The translations under genes were made by a program, and so were the position numbers. A DNA stretch of 64,000 bases from positions 45,634,001 through 45,698,000 of the forward strand of contig CM097885.1 of the NCBI GenBank assembly GCA_044892525.1. The letters run 5' to 3'. The first letter of the stretch is position 1, and the number at the start of each line of letters is the position of its first letter. This document shows, in pieces, positions 1 through 12,099 of this stretch. The notes under the pieces were generated by a model. That model saw only the letters and a list, made by a program, of their open reading frames with translations, was not told the DNA's origin and did no database searches. The DNA is from Schmidtea polychroa. Its lineage: Eukaryota.

Positions 1-45
1 GTTTTTTACTGCTCTTACGGGTTTTCCTCACTCCCCTGACTCCGG

Positions 46-272
46 ATTCGCATCTATTATTCGCATCTATTATTCGCATCTATTATTCGCATCTATTATT
101 CGCATCTATTATTCGTATCTATTATTCGCATCTAGTATTCGCATCTATTATTCGCATCTAGTATTCGCATCTATTATTCGCATCTATTATTCGCATCTAT
201 TATTCGCATCTATTATTCGCATCTATTATTCGCATCTATTATTCGCATCAATTATTCGCATCTATTATTCGC
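46..272. repeat. 13-bp minisatellite (ATTCGCATCTATT)n, about 17 copies
   Basis: Near-perfect tandem units read directly from the sequence. Confidence 0.97.
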
Positions 273-1405
273 TTTCCTTTGACTGTCCTTGTCCCTATCA
301 TTCTGCCTACCGGTTATCTATCAATTTAGTCTTTAAGCTCTAATTGTTTCTCTTTACTTCGCTCTCTCTTTTCCCATTTACTTGGTCTTCTTTTTATTTC
401 TCCTACATGCTTCTTTTTACTGCTCTTCCAGGTTTTCCCCACTCTCCTGACTCCGGATGCGAAACACTCGCACTGGTCGATCTCCGATCGTGTGGTGATC
501 AGTCACACGCAGAGATGTTCCAGTATATGCGATGGGCCCTGTTCCACATCTTTCGTCAGGACAGTTGGTACTTTCCTGGGCCTTATCCGTACTACGCTGA
601 GCGTAGCTCATAGGTTGTGGATTTCCTAAATCTTAACAGGGAAAAAAAAATTTTTTCCTTATTCATTTGCTCCCAATTTTCGTAATACTTTATTCTCGTT
701 TTTACGCAGTGCTCTTAATCTACTTATCTCGATTACTCTTGGTCCTTTTTCATTATTCTAAATATATTCACGTCTCTTGTCTAGTTAACGTCTTATTGCT
801 ATCGCTTTTACTCTTACCGCTTCGGTTGACTTGTTTCTCGTTAATATGTTCACTATTTCCTCAGGCAGATCCCTCTCGCATTATTTGTTAATATTAGTTT
901 ATCCATTTTATTCGTTACCCTTCTATTCGTTAATGATTTATTTACGAAACATCCCTGCTCAATTTTGTAATTTATCGCTTCCGTATTTGTTTATTTTCCT
1001 CAGCTTTGATTTTTTATGTTACCTCTCACTGATTTCCCCGTCATAATGTTTCTCATTTCGTATATTTTACGTTTTCAAAATTTGTTTGTTGTTTTTCTGT
1101 TTATGGGCCTCTTTGTTCCACTCCCTATATTTTAGGTTTTTAACTTATTTCCGCGTCTATTTGATATTTTACTTTTGGCGCGTAACTTTGATTGGTCATT
1201 TATTTTCATTATCTCATTTAATTGTTTATCTATGTCTACATATACACGCATATACTTATACATATACCCTTATCCATAAACATATATTCATATACTCATA
1301 TCCATCTATATCTGGATATCTACATCTGTACGCATTTCTCCCTAGCTGTTCGTGGAGTGGTTGATATTATTGCATTTATCGTTTCTGAATTTATTCAATC
1401 TCACA

Positions 1406-1507
1406 ATTGCAACTTTTTGTTTCGTAATAAAAGTAGACAGTTCGTTCGTTTTCATTATTGTAACTTTTTGTTCCGTCGTAAAAGTAGGCAGTATGTTCGT
1501 TTTCCAT
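1406..1507. repeat. 51-bp tandem duplication (two diverged copies)
   Basis: ATTGCAACTTTTTGTTTCGTAATAAAAGTAGACAG... is followed by ATTGTAACTTTTTGTTCCGTCGTAAAAGTAGGCAG... Confidence 0.85.
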
Positions 1508-2871
1508 AACTAAAACATTTGTTCCATGTTTCTAATTGGTCTCATTTTTGTTAGTATCTCTCGTTATTTTAATTTTCCGTGTCATGATGTTAAACTTTCA
1601 CTTTTGTTCTATTATAATGTATCGCGTTTCATTTTATATTTGTTGTTTCTCGTAATTTTGATTTTTCATTCAAATGTCTTTGCCCTTGCTTTCTTTCTGT
1701 GAATTTGTTACTTGTTGTTTTCTGTTTGTTCATTTCGTTTTGTGTTTTCCTTGTCATTTTTATTGTGTTTATTTGTTCACATTCTATTTCGTTATATGTG
1801 CGCTCTTCATTTTCTGTCCATCATGTTTTTGTATAATTTTCCCGATTGTTCCTATTACTACTCATGTCCATTTTGACTTTCATCTTGATCTGCCGTTTGT
1901 TGTTGTCCTAGTTTGATCTCATTTTTCCTCCGCGTCTTCGCAAAATGTCGTCCCCGACATTCATTATTTTATTTATTATTATGTGTTCTCTCGGTTCTCA
2001 GTATTTTGTTCTCGTGTCCTCTCTACCATATTTTCTAAACGTCCATTTTCTCTGATTAATTTTCCTTATTCTTAAATAAGTGTAGATTTTAATATTTTTT
2101 GATTTTCGCATTATTTTATCTTTGTTTATGGTGATCGGTCCTCTACTTTTATTATATATCATTTTTGGTTGGGGTGTATACACCGATATATGCGATTATT
2201 TATATACAATTAGTCCTCTTTTTGGCACTCAGTTCTGCCATTACCGTCTCTTTTCCATGTTATGACCCTGCTGATAGTTCGTTGTTTTTCCTCCTTTACG
2301 CAAAATACGGATACGGTGTTCTTCTGATCATTCCACCTCCCCTCGGAATATTTTACTCATCATCTTATAACCATTTTCAATGAATACTATGCTGGATTTG
2401 TTATAACTATTTGTACTTCATCTTCAGCTCCCTGCGTTTTCGTTTTCCCGTTTCCTTTTCCCGTCTGATATTCTCCGTTACATTCTGACCATATCTTTCT
2501 CTCTTTGTTTTCCTCAGTTTTCTTAGTAGTTCATTTCTTGCATTCGGCTTTATCATTAGAGTCGTTCCATTTCTCTTTACTTTAGTTCAATTTTTCCTCT
2601 CTGATCCTTGATTATTCTCTCATGAACAAATTCATTATTCAAATTTTCGATTAGATTGTTCCTCCATGAGATTCCTTACTTCTGTATAGCTAATGCTATT
2701 TACGATAATATGACGCTTTTCTGCTTCCATATTTCTCCTGTGGTGGTATTGGGATTGATTTCCATTGTGATCCGTTTCATTCTATTAATTCGCCTATATT
2801 GATTCATAATCTTTTATCTGAATTTTATTTCATTTTACTTCCCGAAGTTATATACTAATTATACCGCGCTG

Positions 2872-2990
2872 ATATATATATATATACACACACATATACA
2901 CACATATACATATATATACATATACACACATATACATATACACACATACACACATACATATATATATATATATACATATATATATTTATA
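2872..2990. repeat. compound (TA)n/(CA)n microsatellite
   Basis: Direct reading. Confidence 0.9.
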
Positions 2991-5314
2991 TAATCATATA
3001 CCTTTATATATTCATTGTTCACACTATATATAGTCATCACCCTTTCTATGTATGTGGGTTCGTAATTCGTGATACTTGCTAGATCTCTCCCCACTGTTCT
3101 TAGTTTAGTGTTCTGTACTCTTTCATTTACTGTATATTTCACTCGTCTGGTTCTAATTGTTTCCAATTCTCTATCGTTGACGTTGGATAATTTTTCATAC
3201 TTCTTTCCGGTTATTAATATGAGCATCGTACGTATAACTGTCTTGTATATTCATATTACTTTGGCTAACCTTAGGCTTCCTGGTTTCTTTCGCTGGATCA
3301 TTTTCGTTGATACCTATCATGTTATTCTCGTATCTTGTATATTTACTTTCATTGATTTCTCTCTATACTTTGTCAATCTCCCGAGTCGTTTTACATAAAT
3401 TTTAGAATTCATTTTCTACGTACCCTGGGTGTCTGTGATGTTCGCCTATTTCGCAAAGTTTTTCACTGCCTTTTAACTTAGTTCTCGTGCCTTTGTCACG
3501 AAGATTTTATTTCGATTTGTTTTTGCTCTATTTTTGTACCGTGATTTTATTTTTTCGCAGTTATTCTCGATTGTCTTTGGTTCAGATTTATTTTTCGAGT
3601 TACCAGCAAGCTTAGTTCTTGTTTTTGTTCTTTTACTTAACGCTTTTGTTCATTTTGTTCTTTTCTATTCGTGATGTTTCGATGTCTTTTCTTGTCTTTA
3701 CTTTCTTTTACTTTCAGTAGAATCTGTTGACTCGCTCGGTTTCGTCTGGTAAACTCATCTCTTTATCTATAATGTTGTTCGTCTCAGATTCACATTTGCA
3801 GAAGCTAAGACATGGTTATCATTTGCTTTATTTATCGTTTGGTACTTTGTTATCTGTCGAGTTTTATCGTATTTTTCATTTGGATGTTTATTCAATCGTT
3901 TTTATGGTTTGGTCTTTCCATTTTACCGAGGCATTTAACATCCTTGGGTACTCTACCCTTGGGTTGGTATGCGTAGAAGGTATTACCTGTAGAGTATAAT
4001 TGGTTTAAATAGTCCTTATCATACACTGTATGTATCGACAACTCAATACCAGAATCATATATAGCTTGCTTTTTCCTAAACCCCCTAATCCATACATTCT
4101 TATATATCATTTGCATATAATCATTCATACCATTACATATTCATTTATCAGTATATTCTCAAAAAGTTCCCCTTCTAAAGCCGCTATCATTCCCTCGGTT
4201 TATCCATTCACTAATCAACGTAATAACAATTAACATTTAATAATTCATTGACATAAATATTATCAAGAGCCTGCATAACCAATCCTCAACCAATTGCTGG
4301 CCCATCATTCAACCATTCAACCAAACAAGGACACATTATCAAGGAGAAGACTTATTTATTTTCATAAAATTAGCTTATCTTACTTATCCTATTGTCAAAC
4401 CTTGAATTTACTGAAATCCGGATGTAACGATATTCATACATTATTCTTTTGTTCTGGGCGTATCCAACCATTTTTAGCAAAGAACATTCCGTCTATCTTC
4501 GAAATAGAGTAATTTTGTCGAAACCAATTAATTACGATTTGCTACTTCGTATGATTTATAATTTCCTAATAAATTCCTATATGCACTGCTAGCAATTTCC
4601 TCGAAACAGATTATTAATTCCATACACACGATAATTGATTTTTGATTACGCCTAAGATTTATTTGCAAACCACAGCCTGTAACACAATATCATGATTTTA
4701 TAGGAGTCAATAATGCACAATTCGATCAAGCTCCAATCACGAGCACTCGATGTATAGAAGCGTGTCAATTAAAATCATTGTCAAGATGCGCACCAACCGA
4801 AATATATTTGTAAAAACTTATAGTTGCAAGTGTCTTGTCTTACCAGTGTATCTACATGCTCTTCGGGTGTACGATTTCGCCCGCCCTTCGTCTTTACTAT
4901 CATCATAATTTGTAAATAATCACACCGACCGGTAACCGATCACAATCGAATGGGTACTGATTTGGGTTTTTATAATATAGACCTTAGTTTGCCTATAATA
5001 AATGTGCGTATGAATTAGCAATGTGAGATTAAATTGGCAATTATATTATACAACAATAGGAAACAAAATCGATGTTAATAATATATATATTATAAACAAG
5101 CACACACAAACACGGCTCGCAAGACACATGCAACAGGATATTGATCCAACAAGGGTATTTAATCAGCTGAAATTTTCCAATTTAAAATTAACAACAAAAA
5201 TTGACGAGGATGTTTGTAACCTCATCAGAATCGCCTATTTCGTTTCGAGAATTTCGTAGCCAAATGTGTAAGCTTTTCATTTAAACTTGAGACATTTTAT
5301 AAAATCTATATGGA

Positions 5315-5440
5315 ATGGCCATTGCTGACAACGAAAGAATCATCAAATCCATGGCGGATGGCCATAATTATCACGAATCAGGCCACATTCTCGGAATCCA
5401 ACGGAATACAATAATCGGCACCATAAATAAAATTTACTAA
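5315..5440 (+). mobile_element. possible Tc1/IS630-like transposase N-terminal helix-turn-helix remnant
   Basis: Short ORF MAIADNERIIKSMADGHNYHESGHILGIQRNTIIGTINK has HTH-like spacing; no TIR found. Confidence 0.35.
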
Positions 5441-8400
5441 CATTTTTAGAATAGAAATTTCACTACAGTTGTTTAGGACACTTGTGATATTTTATTACAG
5501 ACAAGGCAGACAAACATATAGAGTCAAGTCAATAACACTAAGACGCATAAATCAACACTACTTATACAACACACGAATTTATAATGGAATATTTCACGCA
5601 TATATAAAAAAAATTTTGAAATTACCACTATCCTGAGATTAATAACACCAAATAAAATTGATGGTTCTGACCAGTGGACATGATTTATTAATACATTGAT
5701 TATCCCATTACCGACTAACAATAATTATTTAAGTGCATATAAATTTATATACAAGTACAAAATGCTATAGTAACATAACTAATAATCATTTCCATACCTG
5801 CAAATTTGACAATTTTCTGTTTTATTTTAACCAATTAAATCAAAAATAGAAAGCCATACATAATTTTATTAAAAACTGAATTTTAAAATACTTATAAAAC
5901 ATACTTGATTTAATTAGTAAAGTCCATAAAATCAATAAAAATATATATAACCATTCCACCTATACTGTACTGAAAAATCGCTCAAAGTTTTATTCGACAT
6001 CGACAAAAACAACGAAACGAACCGAGGGAAAATCACCATGAATCGAAGAACTAATCAAATTTCCAGCATCATTTTCAAAAGTAAATATTCGAATCATTAT
6101 TCCAATTGATAGACATATTAACATCAATAAAAACAAATTCCATTTTCGTTTTGTAAATCTCATAAAATTTCAATTTCATCTGAACACTACAGCAAAAATC
6201 CAAATCCACAAGAAATGAAACCTAAAATCAAGAAATAAATAATTGTTACACATCGCGTTTCTGATTGGCTGACTTTCATAAACGTAAATCATCCATACCT
6301 GTACATTGCATCCAAATCTCGTACCGACTTTCGAGCACACATCACAACTGACACTCTCAAATCATTAGCGTTCACAACGCCATCTCCACTCAACCATAAA
6401 ACGTTTAAGTACCGTACCTACGTCAATCATTCTCCACTCACCCTCACCACCGATACACAATTTCCATACAATATTGCTCAAATGCGCGTCTGAACACGCC
6501 CTTGAGTTGAATTGCGCGTTGCGCATCACTGCGTTTCCTCGTTGAAACCAGTTCAGAAAAAGTTAAAACTATGAAAATGGGTAAAATCTTGTCTGAACAT
6601 GTCGGTGTCTCCAAAGTTGGTTATAATACCATGAAGCATGTGTAGACTTGTCAGATAGAATGCTTTGAATAATAGATCGGTAAATAGATCAAAAAGTTTT
6701 CGGAAAAACTGAATAGTTGAAAAGTAGTACAAATTGTGTATTCCATTTTCGTTTTGGGAGCAAAATTTTATCCGATGAATAATATTATTGTAATCTGGCT
6801 CTATAATTGTGTAGTTAATGATTAATTCATTTTATGTGCAATAGCATTGATAACGTTAAATGAACACTATGGCCAGATTATTCAATTTGTATTTATTTGT
6901 TCGCACAGATGTTGGATGAATAAATATTTTTAAATAACTATTGCAGACCGAGTAGTGATTATTATTATTATTATCATTATTATATGAATGTTGATTATAA
7001 TAAGTTTAAATCAAATAAATATAAAGAAATAATAAACATAGCGCCAATTTGTAAATCATAACAAATTTTTCTTAAAACTGGTAAAATTTACTATTAATTT
7101 TTTAGAAAATGATTATTATTATATTTTATTTTCATTTGTTGGAATCTTATTAATTTCAAATTAATATTGTCATTGCATTACATTTTGCTTCAAATTTGTG
7201 TTCATTCTCCTATTCATTGTGTACGTTTTGTATTTTCAAGTAATCCCGGCTGAGCCCCCAAAAATCATGTTGGTTACTTAGGGGTGTGCCCTTTTTACAA
7301 TTTAAAATACGTTAGGGGTAATCATAATCGTTCGACTCTTTCCTAAGCACCTCCGTGACTATTGCAATTTAAACCATTTGTGTACCCATGGCGACGACCA
7401 TGTTGGTACTGTACACAAAGGTGAAAAAACAATGAGCAGGTGAGCTCTATTACTAAAACTACTCCCCATTGGATTTTCTTTTCGGGTTCTAGACTGCCGA
7501 TAGAAGGTCTTACGTCCTTATTCACTATATATGCTATTTTTGGATCGATGTTGGTCCTCAATTACGGGTATTTTTAATTGTTCTCTTATAAAATTTTGTG
7601 CAGGGATCCGTCCTTATTTCCCAGCTAGTAATTATTGTTCTACACTTCCTACAATATTTAAATTATCCTTTGAAAAATTTGCGCAGGGATTGGCCCTTAT
7701 TTTCAAGTTAATCCACACTTGCCCTAATATTTAAATTGTTCTTCAAAGATTTTGAGCAGGGATCTGCCTGTGTTTCTAATCCTGAGCTGTCGGAAAAATT
7801 ACATAAATCTAACTTTATCCATCTTCAACTGGTCTCAACTATTCCATCTTTACTCCTAACTCACTTATGTCTATAAAACATAAAGGCGACTAAGCCACCT
7901 ACATTATCTAAATCTAAATAAAATCCTAAACGACCTAAAATGACATTACACTCCCAAATCATTCCTATCACTATCACTGTCCTCTAACTCGATGGACTCA
8001 ACCGGCGAAATATCTGCCGACCAACAGCACGTAGTGCCGCCCGTCCACAAACTTTTCCCCAGCCCAGACCATCGACACAATCAACAAATAATATAATTGA
8101 ATTCAATAAAACTATGAATTAGAATAAATGAATTTAAACCATTAAAAAGGATCACTAAAGAAAATTTAACCGAAACATTAATAGCATATAAAATTTATTA
8201 ATTAAAATACTCCATAAAAATTACAGCAAACAATAACAAATAAATTACCACATCCACGTTGGCATAAAATCGAAACTGAGAGTTCTGCAAATTAAGTGGC
8301 TATGTTGGAAAAAGTGAGAGAGTGTGTTTTTCAATTGAATTTGTGATCAGTATTTATACTGATTTTGAATGCGTACTCTATCCAATCAGAGTGCGAGAAT

Positions 8401-9150
8401 TATTGAATTGATTTTGCACACATGCATGAATGTGTGTAATTATTTATTTGTTTTAATTTCATAAATTTAATTAATTTCTTATTTAATTTTTATTAATTTT
8501 AATTTTACAAATTTTATAATTTAACTAATTTGATTTATATTAATTTTTATTAATTTAAACATTTTTATTCTTTAAATTTAATAAGTTAAATAACCATTTA
8601 ATTCTATAAACTTTACAATTTACATAATGCTAATTAATTTTATTATTTTTGACGATTTAATTTTTATATTGTTTAAATAATTTTCAACTAATTCCATTTT
8701 CTATTTTATTATTTTTCTATTTAAATTTTTAAGTGTTGAATTTTCTGTTAAATTTATTTATCTCTTTATTCTATTATACGGGGTTTATTGATTCTTAATG
8801 TGTAATGTAGTTTATTTTATTTATTTTAAATTAAACCTTGGTCATAAATTTTTTCAACTTTGCGGTTTTTGTGTTAGGTATTTTCGATCGATTAAAACAA
8901 ACTTTCAGTTCTCGTTTTCAGCCCAACAATATTTTGGGGCTAACTTGATTTCTATATGAAATGGAAATGAATATATTTCTAAAATTTTGTACATGTGGAT
9001 TATAACTTTTGTTTACTTCATATTACCGACAATACAATGAAAAATGTTTTTTATTGATATAATTAGAATGTTTAAATTATCCCGGCCATTTTAAAATAAA
9101 TATATATTTGTAAAAGTGTGATGAATCTCGCGGCTCGGAAAAATATTCAA

Positions 9151-9176
9151 GGCGGGCCGCGGGTCGGCCGTCCCTG
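9151..9176 (-). mobile_element. isolated hAT-Charlie-type terminus
   Basis: Reverse complement CAGGGACGGCCGACCCGCGGCCCGCC resembles Charlie-type ends; no partner end found. Confidence 0.5.
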
Positions 9177-9374
9177 ATTTAGTTTAATAGGATCAGTTGG
9201 ATGTATTGAATCAGATTTTATTTAAATAACACCCAACAATAATTTTGTATTTTACTTTACCGACAAAATTGTTATAACACTGATCATATTATTCGTTGAA
9301 ATACAATCCATCATTTTCAATGATTGGCAACGAAGCCATCTTTTTTCCAATTACTCACTCCAATGTCGAAACCA

Positions 9375-9830
9375 CTCAGGTGTCTGTATGCCAGTACTAG
9401 ACTGCTGCTCTATCAGAGCACGAAACTCCTCTTTATTCATCACTGATGGTCGACCTGAACGTTCCTGATATTCAATACTGGTATCTCCCTGATTAGAATG
9501 ATGAAACTATCATTAAGCTGTATTTATCTTGAGCACAATCTTGCCTTCTGCGTTGCAGATTTCTCGAGTTGCAGCTTCTGCTGTTAGGTCTCTTTTCTAA
9601 TAATGTCATAATATGACACGAATTACTATTTTTTCTTCAATCATTCTAAAATGTAAAAATCACTAAATGGAGTTTTAAAATTGTAACTTTTAAAGTCTAA
9701 TTAAATTCATTCTTTCAATGGCTTTAAAATGATACCAAATGTTGAATATCTAATCTTTTCCTTAAATGATCTGTTAAAACAATCACTTTAAATAGCTAAA
9801 AGCATAAATAACATTTGACTCACCCTGGTA
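9375..9830 (-). mobile_element. mariner remnant (5' terminus plus degenerate N-terminal transposase)
   Basis: Terminus TACCAGGGTGAGTCAAA at 9830; from ATG 9644: MIEEKIVIRVIL*HY*KRDLTAEAATREICNAEG...F...GDTSIEYQERSGRPS (mariner HTH and RSGRP motif), with stops. Confidence 0.85.
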
Positions 9831-10010
9831 TTCTCATTTATTTTTAACACAAGTCTACATTGTTTCTTTAAATTTATTTTCATCTAAGATTAATGGAAAC
9901 GCTCTTGTATCATTGTGATATACTTGATTCTCTTAAGCATTTGAAATGAAATTAATTATGATTTATGAATAAATAAAATTAATTTTTGACTTTGGTTTAA
10001 TAATTTTCAG

Positions 10011-10116
10011 ACCATCAACCCCTATCCATGATTTGTTAGCTTATAAATTTCAAAATGACTGGTTGGACCATTTAACTCAAAAACAAAAGGATTTAATGGA
10101 AAAAGAAAGAAACAGA
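10011..10116 (+). CDS. CFAP77: CFAP77 (C9orf171-like ciliary protein) internal exon
   Basis: ttttcag| acceptor, |gtaatc donor; (R)PSTPIHDLLAYKFQNDWLDHLTQKQKDLMEKERNR matches the recalled CFAP77 motif RPSTPFFDLLQHRYLQLW; ends in phase 0. Confidence 0.88.
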
Positions 10117-10856
10117 GTAATCCTATTTTTGTTTATATTGTTATTTATGAAACGTAATTAATGAATTCCAAGATTTTTATTGTTGGTTATATATCCACCA
10201 GTCTCCATACACCAATGACATATTTTAGGGATTTTTTTAAACTAGAAATTTCATCATTTTTTGAAATTAATTTCTTGTAGATAAAATAGTTCAGCAAAAA
10301 ACAATGATTACATAATCATTTAATAAAGACACTGGAAGAAAATTTGTTAATTGAAATTGTAGTAAGATTAAGTAACTGTCAACGTCAAAAGATTTATTTA
10401 TTGAAAATACTGCCGCCCAAAATAAAAGTATTGTATGTACAAATAATTGCAAATTAAGGTATGAAGACCTTAACCTCTTTAACGTGGCTCGAGGTAGTAA
10501 CTGGTTATGCTAACATTTGTAAATTTAAAAAGAAACTTTTATAAAGATTTTTTATAGACCATTTTCTATTTACTTGCAAATCGAGAATCAATAAAAAGTT
10601 CGCTTGAACAAAAAATCTACATATGCTACTTTTCCTATGGACGGCAGAATAAATAATATGCATTTTCTACATGTTTATCTACAACCCATTGTAATAAATA
10701 GTAAACAGTTAAATCCATCTTTAAATTTCGAGCAAAAATCTTGAAACCAACAATATATATTTAATCATAGAATTTATAAATAACAAGTTTTAATTTTTTT
10801 ACAAAAACCGCCAACTCCAAATTATTTAAACAAAAAGATATCTAACTCTCCCCTTC

Positions 10857-12049
10857 TTAAGAATTTTTCCACTTCTTCAGCCACTCGATTCTTCTTTCTT
10901 TTGTTTCTTCTTGTGAATGTAGTTCGACTCGATGAGGTGATAGAAATCTGGCGATTTTATATGGGCCATCGTATGGCATACCATTTTTGTGCCTGTTCTG
11001 CGGCTCTTTACGTACGAGTACCTCCTCCCCCACCTCGAAAACACGAGTGCCCCTCTTTGTCTTATCCATAGCTCTCATAGTATCTACGGCTTTACTCGAG
11101 TTAAATCTCGCGTCTTCGATTCTTTCGCTTCTTGATATCTCGGCTTGTTTCAAATTAGAGTGTAGGTTGACACTCCGTCCATAAATTATCTCAAATGTTG
11201 ATAAACCTGTAGCACTTTATTGACTGCTATTTATAGTGAACTCTATTCTGGGTAGAAGTTCGTGCCAGTTTCTCTCTTCACATCCACCTGCAAATGTTGC
11301 TGTAATAAGATCTCTTATCGTTCGTATGGCTCTTTGCGCTAAACCATTTGATTGGTGCTGGTAAGGTGAGCTGAATTCCTGTTTGATTCCAAATTTCTGT
11401 AGCTTCTGTCTTAGGAAATTCCCTTCGAAATTTCGCCCTCTATCTGTTAAAATGCTCTTCGGTTTCCAAATCGATAGATCCAACTATTAAGTATTGTTTT
11501 GAAAATGGTCCCTTCGTCTTGCTTCGTGATTGCAGTTAAAGAAATCAGTTTGCTAAAATGGTCCACCATTACTACCATATATTTTTTTATGACGTTTATT
11601 TCCATGTAAGCCACATCTATAACAATCTGTTCTAGGAATTCAGAGCTATATCTAGGAATAAATGTTTCCTTAGTTTTGTCTGATCGATCTTGCTGTTAGC
11701 GCAGATCTCGCAACATCGTAAACAGAGTTGGATTGTTTCTTGCATTTTCGGCCAATAAAATATCTTTTCCATATAATGAAATAATTTCTTAACTCCAATG
11801 TGACATTGTTCTTCATGTAGGGTTGTTGTTAACAGACCTGCAAATGTTTCTGGGACTAACATTAAGATATTTTTGTTCTTTTCTACTGTTATTAATCCTC
11901 CATCAATTCGTGTATTTTTTACGTTAAAGAGAAAACAATTCTTTTTCTCCCGTTTACATCCATTTTCAAATATCTCTCGCAGCTCTCGAAACCGAATGTC
12001 CTTTTGTTGTTGTTCCCATACTTTTTCCATAGCTTCTGTTCTTTGGATA

Positions 12050-12099
<50 letters not shown>

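Noticed and set aside
46..272. CRISPR-like array
   Set aside because: Contiguous 13-mers with no unique spacers, no cas genes, eukaryotic context
344..3999. Many hydrophobic + strand ORFs
   Set aside because: By-products of the T-rich strand skew (F/L/I/Y codons), with no recognisable domains
4450..4760. Possible Bcl-2-like motif on the minus strand (...FFAKNGW)
   Set aside because: Similarity too short and interrupted by stops to support a call
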